This document shows positions 50,442 to 59,474 of a DNA stretch of 64,000 bases, piece after piece. Made by a program: the position numbers and the translations under genes. This DNA comes from Synergistaceae bacterium (GTDB lineage: Bacteria; Synergistota; Synergistia; Synergistales; Synergistaceae). The stretch spans positions 11,206-75,205 of the forward strand of contig JAZLJR010000053.1 of assembly GCA_045617925.1 (NCBI GenBank), given 5' to 3'. Below the pieces are notes generated by a model, which was given only the letters and a program-made list of their open reading frames with translations, ran no database searches and was not told the origin of the DNA. The first letter of the stretch is position 1; every line of letters begins with the position of its first letter.

Positions 50442-51230
50442 TTAAATAGAGTTTCTTACTATCTGGATAAAACTATCTGATTTTACAGAAGCACCGCCAA
50501 CCAACAAACCATCAATGTCAGGTTGTGCAATTAAGTATTTTGTATTTTCAGGTTTTACGCTACCACCATAAAGAATAATAGTGTCTGCTGCTGCTTGCTC
50601 ATCATCGTAAAGACCATATATCATTTTTCTTATTGAACGGCAGACATTTTGAGCATCCTCAGGACTTGCAGTTCTTCCTGTGCCTATTGCCCAAATTGGC
50701 TCATAAGCAATAATTATTTTTTCTGCAATTTCTTTTGCTGGAATCCCTGCAAGTCCAACTTGGAATTCTTCTCTGATCATTGCTAAAGCAACTCCAGCGT
50801 CACGCTCTTCAAGTGTTTCTCCTACACAAAAAACAACCTTTAAGCCTTCTTCAAGTGCACGCTTTACTTTTCTGTTTAAGAAACTATTGGTTTCATAGAA
50901 AAGTTTTCTTCTTTCGCTATGCCCAAGTATTACATGTGTAACGCCAGCTTTTGCGAGGTGCATTGGCGAAATTTCACCAGTATAGGCACCTTCAAAATCG
51001 CTACATGCATTCTGTGCACCTATTATTATTGGTGTATCTTTGGCATTATCTAGAGCCGTTGAAAGAGAAAATGCTGTTGGGAAAATTGCAACTTCTAGTG
51101 TGTTATTTTTTATTGCATTTATTACATGTTTATCTTTTGAAAGTTCTGGGATGAATGACTCAAAGAAATCTTTAGTTTCTTGCAAGTCATTAAACATCTT
51201 CCAGTTTCCGGCAATAAATTTTCTACGCAT
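50442..51230 (-). CDS. tpiA: triosephosphate isomerase
   Basis: AGNWKM, GHSERR and AYEPIWAIGTG motifs. Confidence 0.95.
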   Translation of the reverse strand: MRRKFIAGNWKMFNDLQETKDFFESFIPELSKDKHVINAIKNNTLEVAIFPTAFSLSTALDNAKDTPIIIGAQNACSDFEGAYTGEISPMHLAKAGVTHVILGHSERRKLFYETNSFLNRKVKRALEEGLKVVFCVGETLEERDAGVALAMIREEFQVGLAGIPAKEIAEKIIIAYEPIWAIGTGRTASPEDAQNVCRSIRKMIYGLYDDEQAAADTIILYGGSVKPENTKYLIAQPDIDGLLVGGASVKSDSFIQIVRNSI

Positions 51231-51262
51231 AACTAACACCTCTAAATTTTATATTGGTGTAA

Positions 51263-52453
51263 TTATAAGATAAATGGTTCAATGCCTGGAAGCATCTTGC
51301 CTTCAAAAAATTCTAGGCTTGCTCCCCCACCAGTTGAAACATGAGAAACTTCTTTGCTAAAACCAAACTTTGCTATTGCTGCAGCGGAGTCTCCCCCACC
51401 TATAACTGTCAAAGCACCATTTTTAGTTGCCTTTGTGAGTGCAACAGCTACTGCTTTTGATCCCTCTGCAAATGATGGCATTTCAAAGACTCCCATGGGA
51501 CCATTCCACATAACAGTCTTTGCTGCTAAAATTTCTTTAGCAAAAATTTCCTGTGTTTGTGGTCCAACATCAAGCCCCATCATATCTTGTGGCATTGCAT
51601 CAACAGAAACAACGCTAGATGGAGAATCATTTGAAAATTCTTTTGCAACCACAGCATCCGTTGGAAGTATAATTTTTACACCTTTAGACTTGGCGCGCTC
51701 TAACATCTCTTTTGCAAAATTGAGTTTTTCTGTTTCACAGAGGCTTTTACCAATCTCCTTACCTTGAGCTTTCAAGAATGTGAACGCCATTCCACCACCA
51801 ATTAGCATGGTGTCAACCTTGTCAAGCATATTTTCTACAACAGCAATCTTGTCAGAAACCTTTGCACCACCAAGAATAAGAACAAATGGTTTTTTAGGAT
51901 TGTCTCTCGCTTCTGACATCATGGTAATTTCACGATCAATCAAATTACCAGAACATGAAGGAAGCAAGTCTGACAATGCTCTTGTTGTCGCATGCGCTCT
52001 GTGGCTTGCGCTAAATGCATCCATAACAAAAGCATCAAAGTTCTTTGCAATCTTTTTTGCAAACTCAATATCATTCTTTTCTTCTTCTTTGTAGAAGCGT
52101 GAATTTTCTAACAACAATATTTCGTCTTTTGCTTGATTAGCAACTACATTGTCAACAACTTCGCCAATAATATCGGGAACAAATTTAACCTTCCAACCAG
52201 TCAGTTTAGCTAGTGCTTCTGCAACTGGAGCAAGTGTATATTTTAAGTTCTTTTCCCCTTTGGGTCTTCCAAGGTGAGAACAAAGGGAAACGATAGCCCC
52301 TTGTTTTAACAAATCTTGAATTGTTGAAATATGGGCACGGATTCTTGTATCGTCAGAAACCTTACCATCAGAAGTAAGGGGGACATTGAAGTCCACCCTT
52401 ACCAATACTTTTTTGCCACTAAAATTAACTTTTAATAAGTTCTTTAATTGCAT
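51263..52453 (-). CDS. pgk: phosphoglycerate kinase
   Basis: RVDFNVP, GGAKVSDK and STGGGASLE motifs. I prefer the ATG at 52453, 4 nt after the gap stop. Confidence 0.95.
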   Translation of the reverse strand: MQLKNLLKVNFSGKKVLVRVDFNVPLTSDGKVSDDTRIRAHISTIQDLLKQGAIVSLCSHLGRPKGEKNLKYTLAPVAEALAKLTGWKVKFVPDIIGEVVDNVVANQAKDEILLLENSRFYKEEEKNDIEFAKKIAKNFDAFVMDAFSASHRAHATTRALSDLLPSCSGNLIDREITMMSEARDNPKKPFVLILGGAKVSDKIAVVENMLDKVDTMLIGGGMAFTFLKAQGKEIGKSLCETEKLNFAKEMLERAKSKGVKIILPTDAVVAKEFSNDSPSSVVSVDAMPQDMMGLDVGPQTQEIFAKEILAAKTVMWNGPMGVFEMPSFAEGSKAVAVALTKATKNGALTVIGGGDSAAAIAKFGFSKEVSHVSTGGGASLEFFEGKMLPGIEPFIL

Positions 52454-52457
52454 TTTA

Positions 52458-53480
52458 TTATAGACCTTTTGAGCAAACATAGTTTGCAAGATCAATTACC
52501 TTGTTACTGTAGCCACACTCATTGTCATACCATGAGAGGACCTTGAAGAATTTGTCGCCCATTGACAATGTGTGCATTGGTGCAAATATAGATGTATTTG
52601 TGTTGCCAACAAAGTCCATAGAAACAAGATCCTCTGGCTCATAGGCAAGAACACCCTTCAATTCGCCTTCGGCAGCTTTCTTCATTGCTGCATTGATTTC
52701 CTCAACTGTTGCAGGCTTCTGGAGCTCAACTGTAAGGTCAACAACAGAAACGTCTGGTGTTGGCACGCGTAGAGCGAAACCATTTAATTTGCCTTTGAGC
52801 ACTGGCATAACTTCAGAAATTGCCTTTGCTGCACCAGTGGATGTTGGAATGATGGAAAGAGCAGCTGCTCTACCACGTGATTTCTTCTTGTGTGGAATGT
52901 CAAGTGTTTTTTGGTCATTTGTATATGAGTGAACAGTGTTCATAAGACCTCTTTCAATACCCCAATTTTCCTCTAACACTTTACAGACAGGAGCAAGGCA
53001 GTTTGTTGTACAAGAAGCATTTGAAAGGATATGGTGCTTTGCTGGATCATACATATTCTGGTTTACACCCATAACGACAGTAAGGTCATGACCTTTTGCT
53101 GGTGCAGAAATGATAACTTTCTTTGCACCGGCTTCTATGTGTTTCTTTGCTTTTTCACCATCTGTGAAAAGACCTGTTGATTCGATAACGACATCAACGC
53201 CAAGCTCTTTCCATGGAAGATTTGCAGGATCTTTCTCTGCAAATGCCTTAATTTTTGTGCCTTTTATAATGATGTTGTTGTTGTCATCATAGGAAACATC
53301 TCCTGGGAAACGACGGAACACTGAATCATATTTAAAAAGATATGCAAGGCTCTCAACTGGTGCTAAATCGTTGATTGCCACCACTTCAAATTGATTGTCT
53401 TTGCCATTCATGAAGAATGCTCTAAGAGAAAGACGACCGATTCTACCAAAACCATTAATTGCAACTTTGTACTTTGCCAT
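52458..53480 (-). CDS. gap: glyceraldehyde-3-phosphate dehydrogenase
   Basis: NGFGRIGR and the active site SNASCTTN. Confidence 0.95.
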   Translation of the reverse strand: MAKYKVAINGFGRIGRLSLRAFFMNGKDNQFEVVAINDLAPVESLAYLFKYDSVFRRFPGDVSYDDNNNIIIKGTKIKAFAEKDPANLPWKELGVDVVIESTGLFTDGEKAKKHIEAGAKKVIISAPAKGHDLTVVMGVNQNMYDPAKHHILSNASCTTNCLAPVCKVLEENWGIERGLMNTVHSYTNDQKTLDIPHKKKSRGRAAALSIIPTSTGAAKAISEVMPVLKGKLNGFALRVPTPDVSVVDLTVELQKPATVEEINAAMKKAAEGELKGVLAYEPEDLVSMDFVGNTNTSIFAPMHTLSMGDKFFKVLSWYDNECGYSNKVIDLANYVCSKGL

Positions 53481-53643
53481 TTTTAACTCTCCTTATATAA
53501 ATATAGTTTTGTAGGTCAAAGACCTTTGTTACCTTAAAAACGTGGGTATTTTACCTCATTTTTTTGATTTTGTCTATAATTGACACCTTGATAAATTGAG
53601 CTGTGCATTTAATCAATCTCACAAACGCAGAAATATACATAAA

Positions 53644-54741
53644 TTAATCTGAAATTATTTTTATTATAGCACCTGCTAATGCCTTTGTGTTGTGACGTAT
53701 TACCTTATTGTCAACAATGTCACAATAATCACCATATATAATTGAAGCTCCTAATCCTGTTAGATATTCGTCTTCTTCTCGTGTTAAATATAATGGTTCT
53801 GCACCAATAGCACGATAATTCTCTGCTATGTTTTCCGGAATAACCTTTGAATTTACAATAATATAATCAGGAACGCGACCGAGACAACCTGCTATCCAGT
53901 CCACATGTGACACTATGTTCATACCTTCTGTTTCTTGAGGCTGTGTCATAAGATTAGCAATGTATATTATTGGAGACATTGTATCTTGACATAACTGCGA
54001 AATTTCTTTAACAAGCAAGCTCGGCATAACGCTTGTAAGTAAAGACCCTGGACCAAGCACAATAGCATTAGCTTCTTTTAACGCTTTTTTCACAGATGGT
54101 TTAACATGTTCCACCTGTGGATCTAGCCAAAGTTTTTTCAAATTTTTTCCATTTTCGGAGATGGATAATTCTCCAACAACGTGCTTGCCTTCGTCAGTTA
54201 CTCCAACGAGGCGGACACGCTCTTCTGTCATTGGCAAAACATTTCCTTTTATTGCCAACAACTTATTTAGTGACTCAACGGCTAAACCAAAATCACCAAA
54301 TATTTCAGTTGAAGCAAGCACAATCAAGTTACCAAGTGAATGACCTGCTAGAGATTCTCCCTTGTCAAAGCGATAATTCCAAATATCTGCCATATAGTTT
54401 GTGTCTTCTGCAAGTGCAACCATGCAGTTTCGCAAATCTCCAGGAGGCAATATCCCCCACTCTTTTATGATTCGTCCGCTGCTTCCACCTTCATCTGTAA
54501 CAGCGACAATTGCAGTTATGTTTGGCGTAAACAACTTTATGCCACGCAAAAGTGTAGAAAGACCAGTTCCCCCACCGATGGCAACAATTTTTGGTGATTG
54601 TGTTTGTTGTGTTTTGTTGGTGTCAGTAGGCTGTTTTTTGCTAAAAGCATTTTTTAGTGAATATATAAAATCAGGCTTAATATACACTCCAAGAAAAAAT
54701 GCGACTATAGCTATGACAGTAACTGTAATCACATTTAACAT
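53644..54741 (-). CDS. yvcK: YvcK/CofD-like gluconeogenesis factor with an N-terminal TM helix
   Basis: The core (IVAIGGGTGLSTLLRGIK, VTDEGGSSGR, GN) is typical of the YvcK family. The first ~25 aa are strongly hydrophobic and are followed by a polar linker. Confidence 0.85.
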   Translation of the reverse strand: MLNVITVTVIAIVAFFLGVYIKPDFIYSLKNAFSKKQPTDTNKTQQTQSPKIVAIGGGTGLSTLLRGIKLFTPNITAIVAVTDEGGSSGRIIKEWGILPPGDLRNCMVALAEDTNYMADIWNYRFDKGESLAGHSLGNLIVLASTEIFGDFGLAVESLNKLLAIKGNVLPMTEERVRLVGVTDEGKHVVGELSISENGKNLKKLWLDPQVEHVKPSVKKALKEANAIVLGPGSLLTSVMPSLLVKEISQLCQDTMSPIIYIANLMTQPQETEGMNIVSHVDWIAGCLGRVPDYIIVNSKVIPENIAENYRAIGAEPLYLTREEDEYLTGLGASIIYGDYCDIVDNKVIRHNTKALAGAIIKIISD

Positions 54742-55148
54742 GTCTTTGCTCCTAAATCATTTTCAATATCTTGATGAATAACTTCCACAAGATACCCCTT
54801 AGATTTTAAAGCTTGAGCAGCGTATATTGCTACAGTAACGGATCTGTGTCTGCCACCAGTGCAACCTATTGCTATTTTTATTTCGTCCTTTTCTTTTCTA
54901 GCCTTCAAATAGAAGAGGGTCGTTTCTACTATTAAATTAATAAATGGCTCAAAGTCTGCAGATTGCTTTACAAAATCTTGGACACCTTTGTCTAATCCAC
55001 TTTTTTCTTTTAGTGAAGGTTCCCAAAATGGATTTGGTAAAAATCTCGCATCAAATACACCTTCTGCAACAAAACCAGTTTCATACTTGAAGCCAAAGGA
55101 ATAAATTTTAATTTTTTTGTTAGTGTTTGTTTGAGATTCAACAGTCAT
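54735..55148 (-). CDS. RapZ (YvcJ) C-terminal domain-only protein
   Basis: SFGFKY, DARFLPNPFW and IGCTGGRHRSV motifs of the RapZ C-terminal domain. No Walker-A N-terminal domain is present. I prefer the ATG at 55148 (GAGG 9 nt upstream), because the track start at 55211 leaves only 10 nt to the divergent gene. Confidence 0.75.
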   Translation of the reverse strand: MTVESQTNTNKKIKIYSFGFKYETGFVAEGVFDARFLPNPFWEPSLKEKSGLDKGVQDFVKQSADFEPFINLIVETTLFYLKARKEKDEIKIAIGCTGGRHRSVTVAIYAAQALKSKGYLVEVIHQDIENDLGAKTC

Positions 55149-55221
55149 ATTATTTGCCTCTACTTTTATCAGCAATTTGTGATAGAATATTATATCATAA
55201 AAGTTACTCAAGGAGATTACT

Positions 55222-55530
55222 ATGTTTGAATTATTAACTGAAAATTTTGAAGAATTTAAAGAAAAAGATTACGCTTTGGTGGATTTTTGGCAGACAACCT
55301 GCCCGGAATGTATGGCACTAAAGCCACAATTGGAAGCACTGGAAAAGGAATTTGCCGATGTAATTTTTTACTCTCTTGATTGTCAAAGGGAAAGAAAACT
55401 GGCAATATCCTTAAAAGTCTTTGGTTTACCTTCTGTCATACTGTTTTCTAAAGGAAATATGTTGTGCAAGTTGCAAAAGGAAAACTGCACAATAGATAAT
55501 ATCAAGCAAGCTTTGAATGAAAAACATTAA
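55222..55530 (+). CDS. thioredoxin-fold protein with an atypical CPEC active site
   Basis: LVDFWQTTCPECMALKP and GLPSVILF (cis-Pro loop) fit the thioredoxin fold. Confidence 0.7.
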   Translation: MFELLTENFEEFKEKDYALVDFWQTTCPECMALKPQLEALEKEFADVIFYSLDCQRERKLAISLKVFGLPSVILFSKGNMLCKLQKENCTIDNIKQALNEKH

Positions 55531-55972
55531 CTTCCTTACAAAATCGGCACTAATTGCTACCTTTTATGTTTGTATAACGTTATTATTTTCGCCTATTTCA
55601 TTCGGAGTTATACAACTTAGAATTTCTGAGGCCCTTTGTATCTTAGCATTTTTCTTACCTGAAGCAATAATAGGGCTTTTTGCGGGGTGTCTCGTTTCAA
55701 ATTTTTTTGCAGGTTTAGGACTGTTTGATATAATACTTGGAAGTTTAGCTACGTTGTTATCTAGCTACTTGTCGTATAAAACAAATAACATATTTTTAGC
55801 GTCGTTTTATATCACAATTATAAATGCGATTTTAGTCGGTTTTTCTCTGGCATATATAGCAGGTTTGCCTCTTTGGTTAGGCTTTATTTCAATTTTTGCA
55901 AGTGAAGCAATAGCTACAGTTTGTTTAGGTATTCCACTCAGCAAATTTTTACATCTTGCCAAAAAAAAGTAA
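55517..55972 (+). CDS. queT: QueT-family queuosine-precursor transporter (ECF S-component-like)
   Basis: SPISFGVIQLRISEAL and GS.ATL motifs as recalled for QueT. About 5 TM helices. Overlaps the thioredoxin gene by 14 nt. Confidence 0.7.
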   Translation: MKNINFLTKSALIATFYVCITLLFSPISFGVIQLRISEALCILAFFLPEAIIGLFAGCLVSNFFAGLGLFDIILGSLATLLSSYLSYKTNNIFLASFYITIINAILVGFSLAYIAGLPLWLGFISIFASEAIATVCLGIPLSKFLHLAKKK

Positions 55973-55984
55973 ATGTGCTAGAAT
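55955..55984 (+). promoter_or_regulatory. candidate promoter of tRNA-Leu
   Basis: TTGCCA (55955-55960), 18-nt spacer, extended -10 TGcTAGAAT (55976-55984). Confidence 0.5.
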
Positions 55985-56002
55985 GCACGCCGTTGGTATT
56001 TC

Positions 56003-56089
56003 GTCGGAGTGGCGGAATTGGTAGACGCGTTAGATTCAGGTTCTAATGAGCGATAGCTCTTAGGGGTTCAAGTCCCCTCCCCGACACCA
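56003..56089 (+). tRNA. tRNA-Leu (anticodon CAG), long variable arm, CCA encoded
   Basis: Hand-folded. Anticodon loop TTCAGGT, T-loop GGTTCAAGTCC. There is one A-C mismatch in the acceptor stem. Confidence 0.85.
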
Positions 56090-56100
56090 AAAGAATGTCA

Positions 56101-56140
56101 AATAAGGTGGCTATTACTTATAGTCATCTTATTTTATTTT
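56101..56140 (+). terminator. intrinsic terminator after tRNA-Leu
   Basis: 14-bp stem AATAAGGTGGCTAT / ATAGTCATCTTATT (two G-U pairs) followed by a T-rich tract. Confidence 0.55.
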
Positions 56141-56163
56141 TATAAGAGGTCAAAAAAAAAAAA

Positions 56164-57462
56164 ATGCAGTCATTATTTTCATTGTCAATTGCAATACTTG
56201 CAGGGCTTATGATGACAAGGATTTTGAAGCCATTTCACTTGCCTGACGTAACCGCATATTTACTTGGCGGAATTCTTATCGGCCCATTTTGCCTTGGTTG
56301 GTTTAACATTCCATACTTTGCTTTTCACACATTGCAGGAAGTTCAAGCTTTATCCTTGATTTCAGATGTTGCACTAGGTTTCATTGCCTTTGCTATCGGC
56401 AGCGAGTTTAGATTGGAACAGCTAAAAAAAACTGGACGTGCAACTGTTATCATAACAATTCTGCAAGCAGGACTAGCAACAATCTGTGTTGATATAGCAC
56501 TCTACATATTTCATATATTTTTTCCAAGCATTCTCTCAACGTCGCAAGCAATTATACTTGGAGCAATAGCAACTGCACCCGCTCCGGCTGCCACCTTAAT
56601 GGTAGTCCGTCAATATAAGGCAAAGGGTGAATTGGTTGACCTCTTATTGCCCGTAGTTGCACTCGATGACGCTGTCGGGCTTATGGTCTTTGCGGTGTCA
56701 TTTGGGATAGCAAAAGCATTGGAATTTGGAAAATATGAAGTAGGCTCAATTCTTTTAACGCCAATATTAGGAATAATAGTTTCTCTTTCTCTTGGTGCAA
56801 TTTGCGGCATATTACTGACCAAACTGGAACAATTATTCCATTCAAATTCAAACAGACTTTCTATGACAATTGCTTTTATTTTTGCAACAGTTGCTTTGTC
56901 AAAACTTACCTTTACATTGGCAAAATTTGAATTAACATTTTCACCGCTTTTAGTATGTATGTCCATGGGCGTCGTATTTTGCAATATTTGTCCATTTGCT
57001 TTTGACATTATACACAGAGCAGAGTCTTGGACTGCCCCACTCTATGCTATCTTTTTTGTGGTAAGTGGCGCAGATTTAGATTTATCTGTTTTCAAAAACA
57101 AAATGAATGTTCTTGTCGGTATTTGCTATATAGTTGCACGTTGTTTAGGCAAATATTACGGGGCTTATTTAGGTTGCTCAATTGCAAAGGTCGGAGAAAA
57201 AGCGAAAAAATACCTCGGCTATACGCTTTTTCCACAGGCTGGAGTTGCCCTTGGAATGTGCATTATGGCAAGACAACTTGGAGAATCTGGAAACTTTATA
57301 AGCAATATAATTTTGTTTAGCGTTCTGGTTTACGAAATCTGTGGTCCCCTCATTACCAAACAAGCCTTGCTTGCAGCAGGAGAAATTACACCACAAAAAG
57401 TTGATTTTGATAAAATCAGACGAGAAAACTTACAGCAAACTTCAAAAAGATACGAAGAATAA
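56164..57462 (+). CDS. cation:proton antiporter (Na+/H+ exchanger family)
   Basis: 432 aa, about 12 TM helices, with sequence typical of the CPA-type exchanger family. Confidence 0.8.
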   Translation: MQSLFSLSIAILAGLMMTRILKPFHLPDVTAYLLGGILIGPFCLGWFNIPYFAFHTLQEVQALSLISDVALGFIAFAIGSEFRLEQLKKTGRATVIITILQAGLATICVDIALYIFHIFFPSILSTSQAIILGAIATAPAPAATLMVVRQYKAKGELVDLLLPVVALDDAVGLMVFAVSFGIAKALEFGKYEVGSILLTPILGIIVSLSLGAICGILLTKLEQLFHSNSNRLSMTIAFIFATVALSKLTFTLAKFELTFSPLLVCMSMGVVFCNICPFAFDIIHRAESWTAPLYAIFFVVSGADLDLSVFKNKMNVLVGICYIVARCLGKYYGAYLGCSIAKVGEKAKKYLGYTLFPQAGVALGMCIMARQLGESGNFISNIILFSVLVYEICGPLITKQALLAAGEITPQKVDFDKIRRENLQQTSKRYEE

Positions 57463-57475
57463 ACACAAACCGCAC

Positions 57476-57510
57476 AAAAAAGTGCTTGGCGTTTCGCCAA
57501 GCACTTTTTT
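57476..57510. terminator. bidirectional intrinsic terminator (antiporter / frr)
   Basis: 11-bp stem AGTGCTTGGCG (57481-57491) / CGCCAAGCACT (57495-57505), flanked by A5 and T5 runs. Confidence 0.85.
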
Positions 57511-58066
57511 AATTTTCCATAATTTCTTTTTCTTTATCAGCAAGGATTGTATCAATTTTTTTGATGTAAAAATCTGTTTTATCCTGAGCCTCTTTTTGAA
57601 ATTTCTTGCTAACATCTTCTGTTATGGTGCTGTCTTTTTCAAGCTTCTTTATAGCATCATTCGCATCACGGCGAATGTTTCTAACAGAAATACGAGCATT
57701 CTCTGCTTCTTTTGACACCAATTTCTTTAGCTCAACTCTTCTCTGTTGTGTCAACTCTGGTAAGCTTAACCTCACGCTTTGCCCATCATTCTGAGGAGTA
57801 ATGCCAAGAGGAGAAGCAAGAATTGCTTTTTCAATTGCAGCTATTGCAGATGCGTCCCATGGTGTAACGACAAGACAACGAGCCTCTGGAACCGTAACAT
57901 TGCCAAGATTTTTTATTGGTGTTAGCGTTCCATAGTAATCGACCTTTATATCGTCAATTAAACCAGGGTGAGCACGCCCAGTTCTAACGCCTTGCATATA
58001 TGTCTTCAAGACTTCAATGGACTTCTCTGCACGCTCAGATAAATTTTTTATAACTTTTTGTGGCAT
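57509..58066 (-). CDS. frr: ribosome recycling factor
   Basis: Typical Frr sequence (TGRA.P.LLD.I.V.YYG..TP). Confidence 0.95.
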   Translation of the reverse strand: MPQKVIKNLSERAEKSIEVLKTYMQGVRTGRAHPGLIDDIKVDYYGTLTPIKNLGNVTVPEARCLVVTPWDASAIAAIEKAILASPLGITPQNDGQSVRLSLPELTQQRRVELKKLVSKEAENARISVRNIRRDANDAIKKLEKDSTITEDVSKKFQKEAQDKTDFYIKKIDTILADKEKEIMEN

Positions 58067-58080
58067 AACAAAATCTCCTT

Positions 58081-58794
58081 TTAATTATTATTTGTAACAA
58101 TTGAACCAATTTCCATACCGTCAATAAGTAACTTTTTCAAATTTCCTTTTTGACGGACATCAAAAACAATTATTGGTATGTTGTTGTCTTGACAAAGTGA
58201 AAATGCTACTGTGTCCATAACTTTTAACTTTTTTGATATTGCTTCATCAAATGTTAGCGCAGGTAGTTTCACAGCATCTGCAAATTTGTTGGGGTCCTTG
58301 TCATAAACACCATCAACCTTGGTAGCTTTAATTATGCAGTCTACGCCAATTTCAGATGCACGCAGGGCTGCTGCAGTGTCTGTTGAAAAATATGGAGAGC
58401 CAATTCCAGCACCAAAAATGACAATTCGTCCCTTTTCAAGATGGCGAATAGCACGACGTCTGATGTAAGTTTCTGTCACCTGCTTCATTTCTATGGAAGA
58501 TTGAACACGAACAGGAGCGCCAAAGCTTTCAAGCACATTTTGCAAGGCGAGAGCATTTATTACCGTGCCAAGCATTCCCATGTGGTCTGCCTGCACACGC
58601 TCAAATTTCTTTGTTTGCGCCCCACGAATGATATTGCCCCCACCGACAACCATTGCAATTTGGACACCGCTTTTTGCAACTTCTGTAATTTGTGCACACA
58701 TACTAGCAATAGAATCGTAATCAAGACCAAAATGCTCATTACCAGCCAGAATCTCACCAGATAACTTCAACAAAACTCTTTTAAACTTTTTCAT
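58081..58794 (-). CDS. pyrH: UMP kinase
   Basis: [10 protein letters not shown] and VVGGGNI motifs. I prefer the ATG at 58794. Confidence 0.95.
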   Translation of the reverse strand: MKKFKRVLLKLSGEILAGNEHFGLDYDSIASMCAQITEVAKSGVQIAMVVGGGNIIRGAQTKKFERVQADHMGMLGTVINALALQNVLESFGAPVRVQSSIEMKQVTETYIRRRAIRHLEKGRIVIFGAGIGSPYFSTDTAAALRASEIGVDCIIKATKVDGVYDKDPNKFADAVKLPALTFDEAISKKLKVMDTVAFSLCQDNNIPIIVFDVRQKGNLKKLLIDGMEIGSIVTNNN

Positions 58795-58853
58795 TTTATT
58801 ACCTTCGTATTTTATAAAATTGGCGAGGAAGTTATCCTCGCCAATCAAAAATC

Positions 58854-59450
58854 TTAGCCACCAATTGAGAAACGTGCAAAGCGACGAGCAACGATGTTCT
58901 CACCGATTTTTGCAATGTTTTCAATAATCAAATCTTTAATCTTAAGATCAGGATTTCTCACATATTTCTGCTCAAGCAAGCAGTTTTCCTCGTAATACTT
59001 GGCAAGCTTGCCTTCTGCAATACGCTCAAGCATTGCTTCTGGCTTGCCCTCTTCACGAGCCTGTGCCATGATAACTTCCTTCTCGTGGTCAAGCTCTGAC
59101 TGTGGAACGTCCTCTGGTCTCACATAGCTTGGATTTGCTGCTGCAATGTGCATTGCAATCTCATGACCAAGTGCATTAAAGTCATCTGTCCTTGCAACAA
59201 AGTCTGTTTCGCAGTTGAGTTCAAGCAAAACTGCCAACTTTGCGCCATTGTGAACATAGGTGAAAATTCTGCCTTCAGAGGCATTTCTTTCTGCCTTCTT
59301 TGCTGCCTTTGCAAGACCTTTTTCACGCAAAAAGTCACAAGCTTTGTCCATATCTCCAGCACAAGCAACAAGTGCTTTTTTGCAATCCATCATTCCAACT
59401 TGTGTTCTGGCACGAAGCTCAGACACCATTGATGCGGTAATTTCTGCCAT
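58854..59450 (-). CDS. tsf: elongation factor Ts (short form, 198 aa)
   Basis: V.ELR..T...MM.CKKAL N-terminal UBA-like domain and ETDFVA. Confidence 0.9.
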   Translation of the reverse strand: MAEITASMVSELRARTQVGMMDCKKALVACAGDMDKACDFLREKGLAKAAKKAERNASEGRIFTYVHNGAKLAVLLELNCETDFVARTDDFNALGHEIAMHIAAANPSYVRPEDVPQSELDHEKEVIMAQAREEGKPEAMLERIAEGKLAKYYEENCLLEQKYVRNPDLKIKDLIIENIAKIGENIVARRFARFSIGG

Positions 59451-59474
59451 GATTATTCTCCTTGATTTATTATA

